Shown here: one piece after another, positions 1 through 10,944 of the stretch
Layout of the letters: every line of letters starts with the position of its first letter
How positions within the stretch are numbered: the first letter of the stretch is position 1
Assembly: GCA_019058315.1 (NCBI GenBank)
Contig: JAHPZH010000002.1
Span: forward strand, 1,101,910 to 1,165,909
Direction of reading: 5' to 3'
Origin: Candidatus Helarchaeota archaeon
GTDB lineage: Archaea; Asgardarchaeota; Lokiarchaeia; Helarchaeales; RDOG01
DNA: 64,000 nucleotides
Translations under genes and position numbers: made by a program
The notes under the pieces: generated by a model
Told to the model about the DNA's origin: nothing
Database searches by the model: none
The model's input: only the letters and a program-made list of their open reading frames with translations

Positions 1-1
1 G

Positions 2-553
2 GCTAAATATATCAAAAGCCATTTAATTATAGCACACATTAGAAAAGCATCTCGAGGAAAGGTCACCTTAAGAAATACACATCCATTTCAACGTGAATTA
101 TTTGGAAAATCTTGGGTTTTTGCTCATAATGGAACTGTATTTGAGAGACCTGAATTAAGAAATTTTACCTTATCACACTATTTTCCAATCGGAACAACCG
201 ATTCTGAATTGGCTTTTTGTTATATACTTAATAAATTAAAAGATAAAGGATATGATTTAACATTTGAACAAACACTCAATTTGATAATAGATTCAATTAA
301 TGCAATTGATGTAGGTGCCTTTGGTTTTAATTTCTTAATGTCCGATTCGCAAAATCTTTATGTATATCGAGGGAAACGTGGTCCAACTCTTCATTATATT
401 CATTTATCGAACGAAAATTCTGATAAATTAATAATCGTATCCACTAAGAAGCTTAAAAAAATCGGTGTTAATAAGGAATGGATTCGGATGAGGCGAGGGC
501 AATTTTTAACTATTAAAGAGGGGTTAATAATTAAAGATTTAAATTTAAGATGA
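2..553 (+). CDS. Class II glutamine amidotransferase, YafJ/EgtC-like (5' partial)
   Basis: Frame is open from base 2: IIAHIRKASRG..NTHPFQRE..WVFAHNG..GTTDSE, the GATase-II/YafJ motifs; start lies outside the window. Confidence 0.85.
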   Translation, partial: AKYIKSHLIIAHIRKASRGKVTLRNTHPFQRELFGKSWVFAHNGTVFERPELRNFTLSHYFPIGTTDSELAFCYILNKLKDKGYDLTFEQTLNLIIDSINAIDVGAFGFNFLMSDSQNLYVYRGKRGPTLHYIHLSNENSDKLIIVSTKKLKKIGVNKEWIRMRRGQFLTIKEGLIIKDLNLR

Positions 554-578
554 GTTTTTATTAAAATGGTGGTAAATT

Positions 579-1730
579 CTGGAATCAAATAATTATATTA
601 GGGTCCAATCGATAGATTTTATTCGTGGGCTTGCAATTATATTAATGATCTGGGCTCATTTAATGTGGTGGCTTGTTGATAGGCGTATAATTTATGCTTA
701 TTTTGGTTTTGGAAGCCCAATCGACATACAATTTTCATACACCGGCATCCCCTTATTTCTGCATCTTCTGGCTAATTACTATCCCGTTCCAGTATTTTTT
801 ACATTAACTGGAATATCTTTAATCCTATCTATAGAAAATAAGAAATCAAGCGGTATAACCGACTCAAATATTAGGATATATGTAATAAAAAGAACTGCAA
901 TTATTTTAATAATCAGTTATTTTGTTTTTAATTTATTAATAAAGGGACCAATTAGTGTCTTTTATCATTCCTTCAATATGCTCCATTTAATCGCTCTAGG
1001 GGGGCTGATTACTTATTTTTTGTTAAAATTTTCAAAAAAAATTCGTCTGGTAATAGCATCTATTATTTTAATAATCAGTCCTTTTATTCAAATTTTATTT
1101 AATTACGAGGAAATTCATTATCTATATCCTGTTCAAGGTGGAATTCTAAGCAATATGATTTATTCAGGAGAATTCCCAATATTTCCATGGCTTTTTTTTG
1201 TAATAATTGGGTCAATATTTGGAGAATTACTAAACGAAGCGTCAATAAATGAGAAAATTATTCCATTTTTGAAAAAAGAATTAATTTTAGGAATAATATT
1301 CACCATTTTAGGTGTAATAATTACTATATTTAATTATCCGCCTTTCACGTCATTTGAAAAATATCCATGCTCAATCCCTTATATTGTTTTTTTTACGGGA
1401 ACTGTCTTAATTACTCTCTCATTAACTTATTATTTCTTTGATTATCGAAAGAAAAAAGCCGGTTTTAGCGAACCTTTTATTCTCTATGGCACTTTTTCAT
1501 TAACAATTTTTATTGGCCATTATTATATAGGGTATAGACTGACAAAAATACTAGGAATTTATGAGAAATTTTCATATAGTTCCGCAGGAATTTTGACTTT
1601 AAGTTTTTACCTCACCTGTTGGGTGTTTTTAATAATTTGGGCAAATTATAATAATTACAAACTTTCTCTTGAATGGATTATGAAGAAAATAAGTTATAGA
1701 CATTTTAAAAAGAATGGAAAAGAAGAATAA
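579..1730 (+). CDS. DUF1624/HGSNAT-like multipass membrane acyltransferase
   Basis: Family N-terminal motif RVQSIDFIRGLAIILMIWAH begins upstream of the ORF-track ATG (645); FPIFPW motif; about 10 TM segments; proposed CTG start at 579 after GGTGG. Confidence 0.75.
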   Translation: MESNNYIRVQSIDFIRGLAIILMIWAHLMWWLVDRRIIYAYFGFGSPIDIQFSYTGIPLFLHLLANYYPVPVFFTLTGISLILSIENKKSSGITDSNIRIYVIKRTAIILIISYFVFNLLIKGPISVFYHSFNMLHLIALGGLITYFLLKFSKKIRLVIASIILIISPFIQILFNYEEIHYLYPVQGGILSNMIYSGEFPIFPWLFFVIIGSIFGELLNEASINEKIIPFLKKELILGIIFTILGVIITIFNYPPFTSFEKYPCSIPYIVFFTGTVLITLSLTYYFFDYRKKKAGFSEPFILYGTFSLTIFIGHYYIGYRLTKILGIYEKFSYSSAGILTLSFYLTCWVFLIIWANYNNYKLSLEWIMKKISYRHFKKNGKEE

Positions 1731-1735
1731 ATCTT

Positions 1736-3286
1736 TCAATTATCAGATTTTGCTTTAATATATTCATTAATTATGCCTTTTTTCCTAATCTCCAGTTCAA
1801 TAAAATCCCATGGTAAATCGAAATCCAATTTATAAGTTTTAGGAGTAAAATCGGAATCTTTTAATGCTTTATTCCAAGCTCCTAACCCTCCACCTAATTT
1901 AGCCACCATAGATATTATATCTCCAAATTTTGTATCTCCCAGAGATAGATAAGTTTGAATTCTAGCCCATCGAGGATCTAAAAAATTAGTTTTGACTTTT
2001 AAAATTTTCTTTAATTCTTTTATTTTATTTCTTAATATTTCTAAATCAATACTAGATTCCCATTGAAATGGTGTATGTGGTTTGGGAATGAAACTATTTA
2101 TACTCAATTTTAAATTAGATTCTCTAAAACCTCCTTGAATTACTTTTTGAACTAAATTTCCAATTGCTTCTACGTCTTCTGAAGTTTCTGAAGGTAAATT
2201 TAACATAAAATATAATTTCAAGTTCACAATTCCATTTTGTTTAACATTATATATGGCTGTAAGAACATCATTTATTGAAAAACCTTTATGAATAACTTTT
2301 AATAATCTCTCGGAGCCAACTTCCGGAGCCAATGTTAATGATTTCTGATTTCCTTTCTTTAATGCTTGAAGTAAGTCATCAGTAATGCAATCTACTCTCA
2401 AAGACGGAAGGGATAATTCTAAACCATTATTTACAATATACCAACAAATATCTTCTAAATTAGGATGATCAGACAATCCAGATCCAATTAATGATACTTT
2501 TTTTAATTGGGTAATTTCAATTCCTTCAGAAATTATCTGTTGGATCTGTTTGAATGACCGAAACCTAATAGGTCGTCCTTGATAACCTATTAAACAAAAT
2601 CTACAACCTCTATTACATCCTCTAGAAATTTCTAATAGAAATGATTTTCCAAGACTTGGAAAAAAAGGACTTTTAGGTTCGACTTGTGGCACAATTTGGC
2701 TGATTGAATGGGGACAATTATCTAAATTAGGTTCATAAATTTTTTTAACTTTGCCTTTAACATATTCAGGGACATAAAATCCTTCAAAACTTGCACATTG
2801 CTCCAAAAAATCTCGTTTATCATTTGCATTATTATAAGTATCTACAATTTTTTTTGCAACTGGCTCGAAATCTCCGATTACAAATAAATCAATAAAGGAA
2901 CTTAAAGGTAATGGATTTACCGAAAGAGGACCTCCTGCAATTAAAATTGGATGTGTTGTGTCTCTTTCTTTAGAATAAATGGGTATATTTGTTTTTAATA
3001 GAATTTTGAGTAAATTTATGTAATTTATTTCGAAATGTAAAGAAAAGGCTATAAAATCAAAACTTTCCAAACGTTGGTTAGATTCTAATGAGTAAGGGGC
3101 TGAATTATCAATTGGCAGGAATACTCGTTCACAAGATACATTTTCAAAAGAATTTAAAATATTATAAATTGTATGCATGGCTAAAGAACTCATTCCCACT
3201 CTATAAATTGAGGGAATACATAAGGCAAATTTAATTTTATTCCTTAAATCTTTTTTAATCGAATTAAATTCTAAAATTTTCATCAA
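1736..3286 (-). CDS. B12-binding-domain-type radical SAM protein
   Basis: EISRGCNRGCRFC (CX3CX2C), N-terminal AFSLHFE/AGGP domain, TLAPEVGSERL, FIPKPHTPFQW. Confidence 0.85.
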   Translation of the reverse strand: MMKILEFNSIKKDLRNKIKFALCIPSIYRVGMSSLAMHTIYNILNSFENVSCERVFLPIDNSAPYSLESNQRLESFDFIAFSLHFEINYINLLKILLKTNIPIYSKERDTTHPILIAGGPLSVNPLPLSSFIDLFVIGDFEPVAKKIVDTYNNANDKRDFLEQCASFEGFYVPEYVKGKVKKIYEPNLDNCPHSISQIVPQVEPKSPFFPSLGKSFLLEISRGCNRGCRFCLIGYQGRPIRFRSFKQIQQIISEGIEITQLKKVSLIGSGLSDHPNLEDICWYIVNNGLELSLPSLRVDCITDDLLQALKKGNQKSLTLAPEVGSERLLKVIHKGFSINDVLTAIYNVKQNGIVNLKLYFMLNLPSETSEDVEAIGNLVQKVIQGGFRESNLKLSINSFIPKPHTPFQWESSIDLEILRNKIKELKKILKVKTNFLDPRWARIQTYLSLGDTKFGDIISMVAKLGGGLGAWNKALKDSDFTPKTYKLDFDLPWDFIELEIRKKGIINEYIKAKSDN

Positions 3287-3443
3287 TTTTACTCCAAATT
3301 AATATACGATTGTATCAAATTCTATAAATTATTAGTTAAAATTAGAATATCGTAAAGTTGAAATTCTATTGTTAGTTTCTGATATTACTAAGATTAAAAA
3401 CTAATTATTATTTATAATGGTTAGCTAATGGACATGTCTTTGA

Positions 3444-6400
3444 TTGATTTATATGAATGGTAGTGTTAACTTAATAAAAAGGTGCTCTTTTAGGAAAAGG
3501 GCTGCATTAATGATTACTTTGTTTTTAATGATAACTAATTTTATTATCCCCATTGTTATAGAATCAAGCAAAAATTCGGAAAACTATGTTCAAGATTTTA
3601 TTAATCTCGATAATTTTAATACTCCTAAAAAAAAGAATCCAATTACAGACCCAAATATACCTCTGAAGACTTTAAGTAATGGGGAATTTACAGGATATGG
3701 AAATAATAGATCAGTTACTGCATTTTTTGACAGTTACGGTTCTACTAATGGGAATAGCACTAATTTAGAAATTGATACAAATGGATGGGACTTTTCGGCT
3801 ATAAATTTTACAATTGATCAACTTACAGCCTACAACCATACTAAAATTCTTGAGGATCAAGCCAGCTTCTCTTATGATGTAGCAACTGACCTATATTTAA
3901 TGTCTTTTAACATTTCGCAAGATGCTAATTTAACAAAAATAAGTTTTCTATTAAGAAGTCAAGCAGATAACACGACAATCTTTATATATTCTGCAAATGC
4001 AAGTTTAGCTCCCGATTCAGTTCTCTATAAAATAAATACCAGTGGATTTGATGCTGGATTAGGAAGCGGAACTTGGATTAATTTTACACTAACAGAAAAT
4101 AATTCCTTACAGCTTAGTCAAACAAATAATGGAACTTTTTTTATTGGTATTAATAGAACAGTCTCTACTTTACAATGGAGAGGTGAAAATGATGGAGTTG
4201 ATGGAGGAAAAGTATTTCGACAAGTAGGGATCGTTTGGGAAGAAGATCCAGGTATAGATTTAACATTAAAATTAAAATTTACTCCTTTAAATGAGACACC
4301 AAATCCAACTGATGTTAATTTAAGGATAAATGGACAAAGCGTGCTAAATAATTTCACATGGAAAAATAATTCGCGGTTAAATGCTACGGGATCTGCTGTT
4401 ATTTTCGATATAGATTCCTCATGGGGCAATTTAACTTATAGAGCAAATTGGACCGCTAATTTAATTCAAAATTTAAATGGAATAACAAATTTTTCTGCTA
4501 ACGCGACTCAAAATATCGTGAACTGGAATATATCTATTTCAAATTTAGATTTTGGAGCAATATCTTCAAACAAACAAATTAATGTAAGTTTACCAATAAG
4601 CTGGAATATTAGCACAGTATTTAGAGATTCGACTCCATATGGAAATTTTGATAATGTAACAGAAAATAATTTAAAAATATTAAGGATTTTTGACCCACCA
4701 AATTCGAGTTGGAATATTGGTGCAGAATCTCAAAATTATATTACTTCAATAAAATTATATAAAGGGAGTAATGAAGTAAATTCTTCTATAATGTTCGAAC
4801 AAATTACCGTAAATGGTTCTTTAAAGAACAAATGCTTTGATACTTCAAACTTAACAATAATACTTGGTGGAGTGGAGAAGAATACAACTATTCTTACCCC
4901 TAATGAAAATATCTCAATTGATGTGGTACTCAATGATAGTTTCGGGATTGTAACAAATGGAAATTACACTTTTAGATTGACATTCAATAATGGAACCGAT
5001 GTTGGTTTAAATCAGACATATCTTTATGTTTTAAATAAAACTTATTTGAATGATATTTCTCCAGAAGCGCAAAGAACAATATATTATTCTGGTGCAATAC
5101 TAAATATTACAGTTAATTTCACCATGTCTTATTGGGATGGTTTAAACTTTACCGAACAACCAATTGATAATCTAAGCGGCGGTAATATAACTTATAATCT
5201 GCCTGAAATCACCGGAAATAATTGGATACCACTTAATTTTAATCCTACGAAGAAGATTTGGACAATAACGATTTTATTAAACATGGATATTGGTAAATAT
5301 ACCATTTATGTTAATGCATCAAAGAATGGTGCTGAGTACCAATCTTTTTCTAGAACTATAGAAATAATTTATTTTAACGGTACCATTAAAGGGAATGGTG
5401 ATCAACGACCAATAATAATTCAAGGTTATGAGAATGGTACATATCTATTCGGGGATGAATCAGAAATTCAATTACCTGTTCATGGTCATAATTTGACTTA
5501 CGCAAATTTTACAATATTTAATTTATCTTCAATTAATAAGAAAATTCTTGAAACCAATATTAATTTTAATTCATATAATATCACAGAAAAGACATATGCG
5601 ATGAAATTTAATATTAGCGCACCATCGTTCATTACAAAAATTGGATTTCATCTTTATATAAATCATGCTACATTTACACAATTAACGAATTTAAATGTTT
5701 ATTTATGGAATGCTTCATGGACTGGTTCTCGTATTGAACCGGATAAAATAATATGGAATAATATAAATAACTTGGCTACTATTGGCCCACTTAATCAAAA
5801 AATATTCGAACTTAATATTCCCAATTTATTTTTAGATACCATTCTAACTAGCAATAATTCTTATTTTTTGACTCTTAACGGCACACCAGTAGGTTTACCC
5901 AACTTATCACCTAACTGGCTTTATACTAATGATAGTATAGACGGTATTAATAATGGTGAAGCCTATAACTTTACTGGAGGAAGTTGGACACTTCTTGATA
6001 AAGACTTTTGGATGAATGTAACTTTAATTGAATTTAAAAATGCTTCTCAACTTTCTTTAAATATTTCTAATATTCCCGTTTCTGATAATCCAAATTTAAA
6101 ATATTCTGGATTCTGGGAGTCCAGCAATACATTTCTTGCTGATTTAACTGGTAATGTAAGCCTTTCTGTCCAAGCAAATGAATCTGATATCAGTTATATT
6201 ATCAATTATACAATTATATATGAGAATAGTTCCGTTGACTCACTAACTAAATATTCTTTTAATGTTACTAAAAATGTTATTAAGTGGAATGTTAGCTTTA
6301 TTGCTGGTTTACCCGATAATGCATTCAACGGATCTATTAATATTACCTATCCAAAATCATGGAATGCCTCTTTAATTTATACACCAAATAAACTGAATTA

Positions 6401-9400
6401 TACCAACACAGAAATACTAAATTTGGGTAATTTAAAATTACTTCTGATAAAAAATATTAATTCTTCATACAATGGTAGTTGGAATTTAATATTTTATAGC
6501 AATAAAGTTATTAGTAATATTTGGATTTGGAACAATACGGGTGGGGGCTATCAGCAAGTCAATAACGCATATATAACTAATACTATTAAAATTAATGCTA
6601 CAGTTACAAATGCTATAAATGGTTGGGGAAACATTTCTATATTCAATTCAAAAGATACTTTGAATAATTTGATATCTTTAACTTCTCCTACACAAAATAG
6701 TGATTATGATTTTTCAGACTATACATTAATGGACAACCTAACGACTGATGGAAATTGTACGGTATTATTTTTATGGAGTAATGGAACTGAAGTATCAGCA
6801 GAACTGGAATTTCTTTATGTCCGAAATGTGAGTTCACTCGTTATAATTTCGCCAGAATCCCCGGAATTGCAAGGAAACTTAATTGAAGGAATTAAAGGTA
6901 GCACTTTTAATTTGACTCTATATTTTAATATGTCATATTGGGATAGTGGTTGGACTTCTGTAGCTATAAATGATTCACCTTCAACTTTAGTCTCTTATCA
7001 AACAAATAGTTTGGATATTGCAAATCCAACATCTGGGAATCTAACCTTTATCGGTAACGGAACGTGGACAAAGATATTTAATGTGCCTACAGTAAATGCA
7101 TCATATTACCTCTTTATTAATGCAAGCGGTGAAAACATTCGCGCAAGCAGTAGAAATTTTACTATAATTGTGTCTAATAGTTCTAATTTGGAATTAATAC
7201 CGCCTATACAATCAGTCTTTTGGGGTGAAAACGTGACTTTCTCCCTTAATTATACTGATCAAATTAGTGGCTCCCCAATTATTGGTGCAAATATAACTGA
7301 AGTTAATTATACAATATTTAGTTTAGCGCAATCGGGGTTGTTTTTAGAGAATATCAATTATACTACAACTTCACAAAACGGAATTTATAATATCACAATA
7401 ATTTCTAGAACACTTTTGAATTATACTTATAATATAACATTTAAAATTAATATAATCGGCTTCCAGACTCAATCACAAACTGGAACTTTATTTGTAAACA
7501 ACCGTTCAACAACATTAACACTCGTATTAGCACCAATACCCATTTTTCTAGGTGATAATGTTAGTTTTGTAATATTCTACGAAGATACAATTAACAATTC
7601 TGGAATTTCAGATGCAATAATTATGACAAATGCTTCAACATTGCTTGATTTTACGTTGAGCCAAGTAGCTGGTGAGCCAGGGAATTATAGTATAAATTTG
7701 GATTCTAGTAATTTCAATAATATAGGTACATTTTTAATAGAGTTTAATGCGTCTAAAAATCTCTATGATATTGCTTATCTAAATGTTTTTGTTCAAGTTT
7801 CTTTGTTTTATACAAATCTAACTCCAATTTCTGGAGTTAATGGAACAATATATGATTGGAATATCAGTGTTATGTTGAATTCTTCTCATAAAGTTCAAGT
7901 AAAATACTTAAATTTATGGGATAATAGCCCTGTTGAGGATGCTTTGATCGATGCTTATTTGGAAGACACACTATTATCTACTTCACAGCTAGGAAATGGA
8001 AACTATTCGATTACTTTAGATGCATCAGTAATTTCAAATCCTGACATCAATGAGAATTATACATTAAATGTAACTATGTATAAAACTGGATATGAAACCC
8101 AAACGATCAATATTACAGTTAAATTCGTCCCATTAACAACAATTTTAACCCCTATTCAAGATTATATTAATGCATCTCACAATGATGTAATTTCCATCGA
8201 TGTTATTCTAACTAATATTAATTTGGAAAATATTGCACCTAGTTTTGGGATAATTACTTATAATATTACTAATTCAAGTGGGGGGTATTACAAAAATGGG
8301 ACTCTGAATTATCAAACTGGATATTATACTGGTTCAGTTCAACTCTTATCAACCGAACTGGCAAATGGAACTTATGATATTATTGTCAATTTTAGCTCAA
8401 ATTATAATTTCTATTTGAATTCATCATGTACTATAGCATTAAATTTCTCTGTGGAAACACCCATAATTCCAACAGTAATAGAATTCGTAAATCTACCAAC
8501 GATTGTAAATGAGTCCAGTTATGTTGATATTATTATTAATGTAACAAATGCGCAAAAAACAGAGACGATACCATTCGGATTAGTCGAAATAACAATAATA
8601 GCTTCATTCGGGGATGGTTCAACTCAAACTAATATTATAAATACAAATACGAGTGCCTCAGGAGATGCCAATATATCCTATTTCGTCCCATACGAATCCA
8701 TCTCAATAAGTATAACTGCTAATTATTACGGCTCATCTCAATTTGAACAATCTTCGAATTCAACTAGTATTTTAGTTGTTCGTCAAAAAATAGATTTAAC
8801 TCTATTGTTATTGCCACCATTATTTGTTCCAGAAGGATTGCCATTATTTATAACTGGTCAAATTAAAACTACAAATGGCACTGTTCTAAATGGAACCATT
8901 GTTTTAAGCATATCTATCGCTTTATCAATCTCTTCATTACCCATATTACATACATTTAGTATTAATTTTACTCCGTCTTCAGATGGATTATTTATATTCA
9001 TCCTACCCATTCCTGAAAATATTTTTTCAGTATCAGTTTCAGCAACTTACTATGGAACAAGGGGATATAAAGTCGAAGCTTCTCCAAGAGCTGTTGCAAT
9101 ATTAAATGAACTTGAATATTTTATTCGTGAAAACTTCTTTTTACTTTTAATAATTTTCTTAATTATTGCACTAGTTATTATTGGGATAGTAACTTACTTT
9201 AAAGCTATCAGACCAAAAACAGAACCATTAACTGCAAAAAAGAAGAGGCTTATGAGTCAAAGAATGGAAACGACTAAAGAACTAGCTAAAATAACCAAAG
9301 AATTAGATAAATTGAGAAGCGATACCTTGATACAAGCACAGAAAGCAGAAAGAGATGGATTATATGAAGAAGCTGCAAAAGCTTATGAGAAGGTGGGTAA

Positions 9401-10937
9401 TCTCTCATTGGAATTAGCAGAGAAAAGTATAGCAAAAGATTACTTTGCAAGATCTAGAGTGTTACTGAAGAAAGTCGCTAAAGACGAATTAATCTCCAAG
9501 AGAGAACAGGAGAGAAAAGAACTTATTGAATCAGCACGTATGGCATTAAGAGAAAGAAAAGTTCTAGAAGCTTCTAAATATTATTCGAAGATTGTATCAA
9601 TTTCTATACAATTAGGCGATCTAGAAACCGCACAGAAGTTCTCTAACTTAATGGCCTCCACCGAAGACCAACTTAAATTGTTAAAAGACCAAGAATTAAG
9701 AACAGAATTAAAAGATATTCTCCAAAAAGCTGATAAGGCAATGGGTAAACAAAAATTCGATGCAGCAGCGAAATACTTCGAAGAGGCTTCTCGTTTATTA
9801 TTACTCCTTGATGAGCCAGAAGGTGTAAGAAAGTTTTCTAGTTGGGCTAAACTTTCACGAGAACGTCAAGAATTATTTTCTGAAGAAGTAACGGATTGGA
9901 AAGCTGATTTAAATAAAATTATAGATGAAACTGAAAAAGTTGTGGAAAAGAAAAAGGAGGAAGCAGACTACGACCAAGTTATTTTAAATCTGCTTAAAAT
10001 TGCAATTTATTATTTAGAACTTGAAGATGAAAATAAATTTAGAGAATATCGTCAAATGGCCAAAAGTTATTCTGATAAGCTGAAAATATTTAGAACCGAT
10101 AGAAGGGCAGATATAGAATCAGAAAAACTTAAGATTCTGCAAAAAGCAGAGCAGGCAGAATCTAAAAATGATTTTAAAAATGCAGCGGAATTATATGAAA
10201 AAGCAGCAAAATTGGCAATTGATCTCGGAGATCGCTATGAAGGAAGGTCAATTATGGAAAAGGCACAAATACTTTTTAAACAAGCAAAGAAATGGGCTGA
10301 AAGTGAAAAAATAGAAGAATTAATGAAACCAATTAAACCTGCTCCAAAAGAAATTTCTAAGCCTCCTAAACCTAGACTTATGACTGAATTACCTAAACCT
10401 AAACCAATTAAACCCTTAATTGAAAGAATTAAACCTACAGAACTTCCTGAAATAAAAGTGATATCTGAACCAATTGAACCAGAAAAAATCATTACAAAAC
10501 CAATTGTTGAAAAACCAATTCCTAAAGTGATTCCTAAAGAACCACTACCCACAATAGAAGAACAAAAAATTAAGAATATTCGAAATCAGATAGATAAATT
10601 ACATACTCTAGTTTTTGACTGTCAAAAAAATAATAGAATTAATACAGCCATTCATTATTATAAACAAGCATCCATTTTAGCTAATCAAATCAACGATAAA
10701 CGATTGGCTGACTCTTATTTTCTTAAAATAGAGGAATTAAAAGTTTCAAAGCCTAAAAAGATTGAATCAAGGGATAGATTGCAAAAATTAATGGAATCTT
10801 CTGAGAATCATATAAGGCAGAAAAAGTTTGCTAAGGCAATTGAAGAATTAAAAGATATTGCAGAAATATTTTTCTCACAGGGTGATGAAGAAGCGGGAAT
10901 TGATTTTTTGGATAGAATTAAAGAAATTCAAGAATAA
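3444..10937 (+). CDS. Giant single-pass surface/receptor-like protein with cytoplasmic SNAP/TPR-like helical repeats
   Basis: 2497 aa; N-terminal hydrophobic segment, about 1850 aa Asn/Thr-rich beta ectodomain with many NxS/T sequons, TM at about 9135-9200, charged helical tail; start may be ATG 3453. Confidence 0.8.
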   Translation: MIYMNGSVNLIKRCSFRKRAALMITLFLMITNFIIPIVIESSKNSENYVQDFINLDNFNTPKKKNPITDPNIPLKTLSNGEFTGYGNNRSVTAFFDSYGSTNGNSTNLEIDTNGWDFSAINFTIDQLTAYNHTKILEDQASFSYDVATDLYLMSFNISQDANLTKISFLLRSQADNTTIFIYSANASLAPDSVLYKINTSGFDAGLGSGTWINFTLTENNSLQLSQTNNGTFFIGINRTVSTLQWRGENDGVDGGKVFRQVGIVWEEDPGIDLTLKLKFTPLNETPNPTDVNLRINGQSVLNNFTWKNNSRLNATGSAVIFDIDSSWGNLTYRANWTANLIQNLNGITNFSANATQNIVNWNISISNLDFGAISSNKQINVSLPISWNISTVFRDSTPYGNFDNVTENNLKILRIFDPPNSSWNIGAESQNYITSIKLYKGSNEVNSSIMFEQITVNGSLKNKCFDTSNLTIILGGVEKNTTILTPNENISIDVVLNDSFGIVTNGNYTFRLTFNNGTDVGLNQTYLYVLNKTYLNDISPEAQRTIYYSGAILNITVNFTMSYWDGLNFTEQPIDNLSGGNITYNLPEITGNNWIPLNFNPTKKIWTITILLNMDIGKYTIYVNASKNGAEYQSFSRTIEIIYFNGTIKGNGDQRPIIIQGYENGTYLFGDESEIQLPVHGHNLTYANFTIFNLSSINKKILETNINFNSYNITEKTYAMKFNISAPSFITKIGFHLYINHATFTQLTNLNVYLWNASWTGSRIEPDKIIWNNINNLATIGPLNQKIFELNIPNLFLDTILTSNNSYFLTLNGTPVGLPNLSPNWLYTNDSIDGINNGEAYNFTGGSWTLLDKDFWMNVTLIEFKNASQLSLNISNIPVSDNPNLKYSGFWESSNTFLADLTGNVSLSVQANESDISYIINYTIIYENSSVDSLTKYSFNVTKNVIKWNVSFIAGLPDNAFNGSINITYPKSWNASLIYTPNKLNYTNTEILNLGNLKLLLIKNINSSYNGSWNLIFYSNKVISNIWIWNNTGGGYQQVNNAYITNTIKINATVTNAINGWGNISIFNSKDTLNNLISLTSPTQNSDYDFSDYTLMDNLTTDGNCTVLFLWSNGTEVSAELEFLYVRNVSSLVIISPESPELQGNLIEGIKGSTFNLTLYFNMSYWDSGWTSVAINDSPSTLVSYQTNSLDIANPTSGNLTFIGNGTWTKIFNVPTVNASYYLFINASGENIRASSRNFTIIVSNSSNLELIPPIQSVFWGENVTFSLNYTDQISGSPIIGANITEVNYTIFSLAQSGLFLENINYTTTSQNGIYNITIISRTLLNYTYNITFKINIIGFQTQSQTGTLFVNNRSTTLTLVLAPIPIFLGDNVSFVIFYEDTINNSGISDAIIMTNASTLLDFTLSQVAGEPGNYSINLDSSNFNNIGTFLIEFNASKNLYDIAYLNVFVQVSLFYTNLTPISGVNGTIYDWNISVMLNSSHKVQVKYLNLWDNSPVEDALIDAYLEDTLLSTSQLGNGNYSITLDASVISNPDINENYTLNVTMYKTGYETQTINITVKFVPLTTILTPIQDYINASHNDVISIDVILTNINLENIAPSFGIITYNITNSSGGYYKNGTLNYQTGYYTGSVQLLSTELANGTYDIIVNFSSNYNFYLNSSCTIALNFSVETPIIPTVIEFVNLPTIVNESSYVDIIINVTNAQKTETIPFGLVEITIIASFGDGSTQTNIINTNTSASGDANISYFVPYESISISITANYYGSSQFEQSSNSTSILVVRQKIDLTLLLLPPLFVPEGLPLFITGQIKTTNGTVLNGTIVLSISIALSISSLPILHTFSINFTPSSDGLFIFILPIPENIFSVSVSATYYGTRGYKVEASPRAVAILNELEYFIRENFFLLLIIFLIIALVIIGIVTYFKAIRPKTEPLTAKKKRLMSQRMETTKELAKITKELDKLRSDTLIQAQKAERDGLYEEAAKAYEKVGNLSLELAEKSIAKDYFARSRVLLKKVAKDELISKREQERKELIESARMALRERKVLEASKYYSKIVSISIQLGDLETAQKFSNLMASTEDQLKLLKDQELRTELKDILQKADKAMGKQKFDAAAKYFEEASRLLLLLDEPEGVRKFSSWAKLSRERQELFSEEVTDWKADLNKIIDETEKVVEKKKEEADYDQVILNLLKIAIYYLELEDENKFREYRQMAKSYSDKLKIFRTDRRADIESEKLKILQKAEQAESKNDFKNAAELYEKAAKLAIDLGDRYEGRSIMEKAQILFKQAKKWAESEKIEELMKPIKPAPKEISKPPKPRLMTELPKPKPIKPLIERIKPTELPEIKVISEPIEPEKIITKPIVEKPIPKVIPKEPLPTIEEQKIKNIRNQIDKLHTLVFDCQKNNRINTAIHYYKQASILANQINDKRLADSYFLKIEELKVSKPKKIESRDRLQKLMESSENHIRQKKFAKAIEELKDIAEIFFSQGDEEAGIDFLDRIKEIQE
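3678..7172 (+). repeat. Two tandem diverged ~570-600 aa modules in the giant protein ectodomain
   Basis: Paired motifs NGEFTGYGN/NGTIKGNGD, VNWNIS/IKWNVS, LPISWN/YPKSWN, NNGTDV/SNGTEV, FTMSYWD/FNMSYWD, YVNASK/FINASG; boundary near 5376. Confidence 0.7.
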
Positions 10938-10944
10938 CAATATT

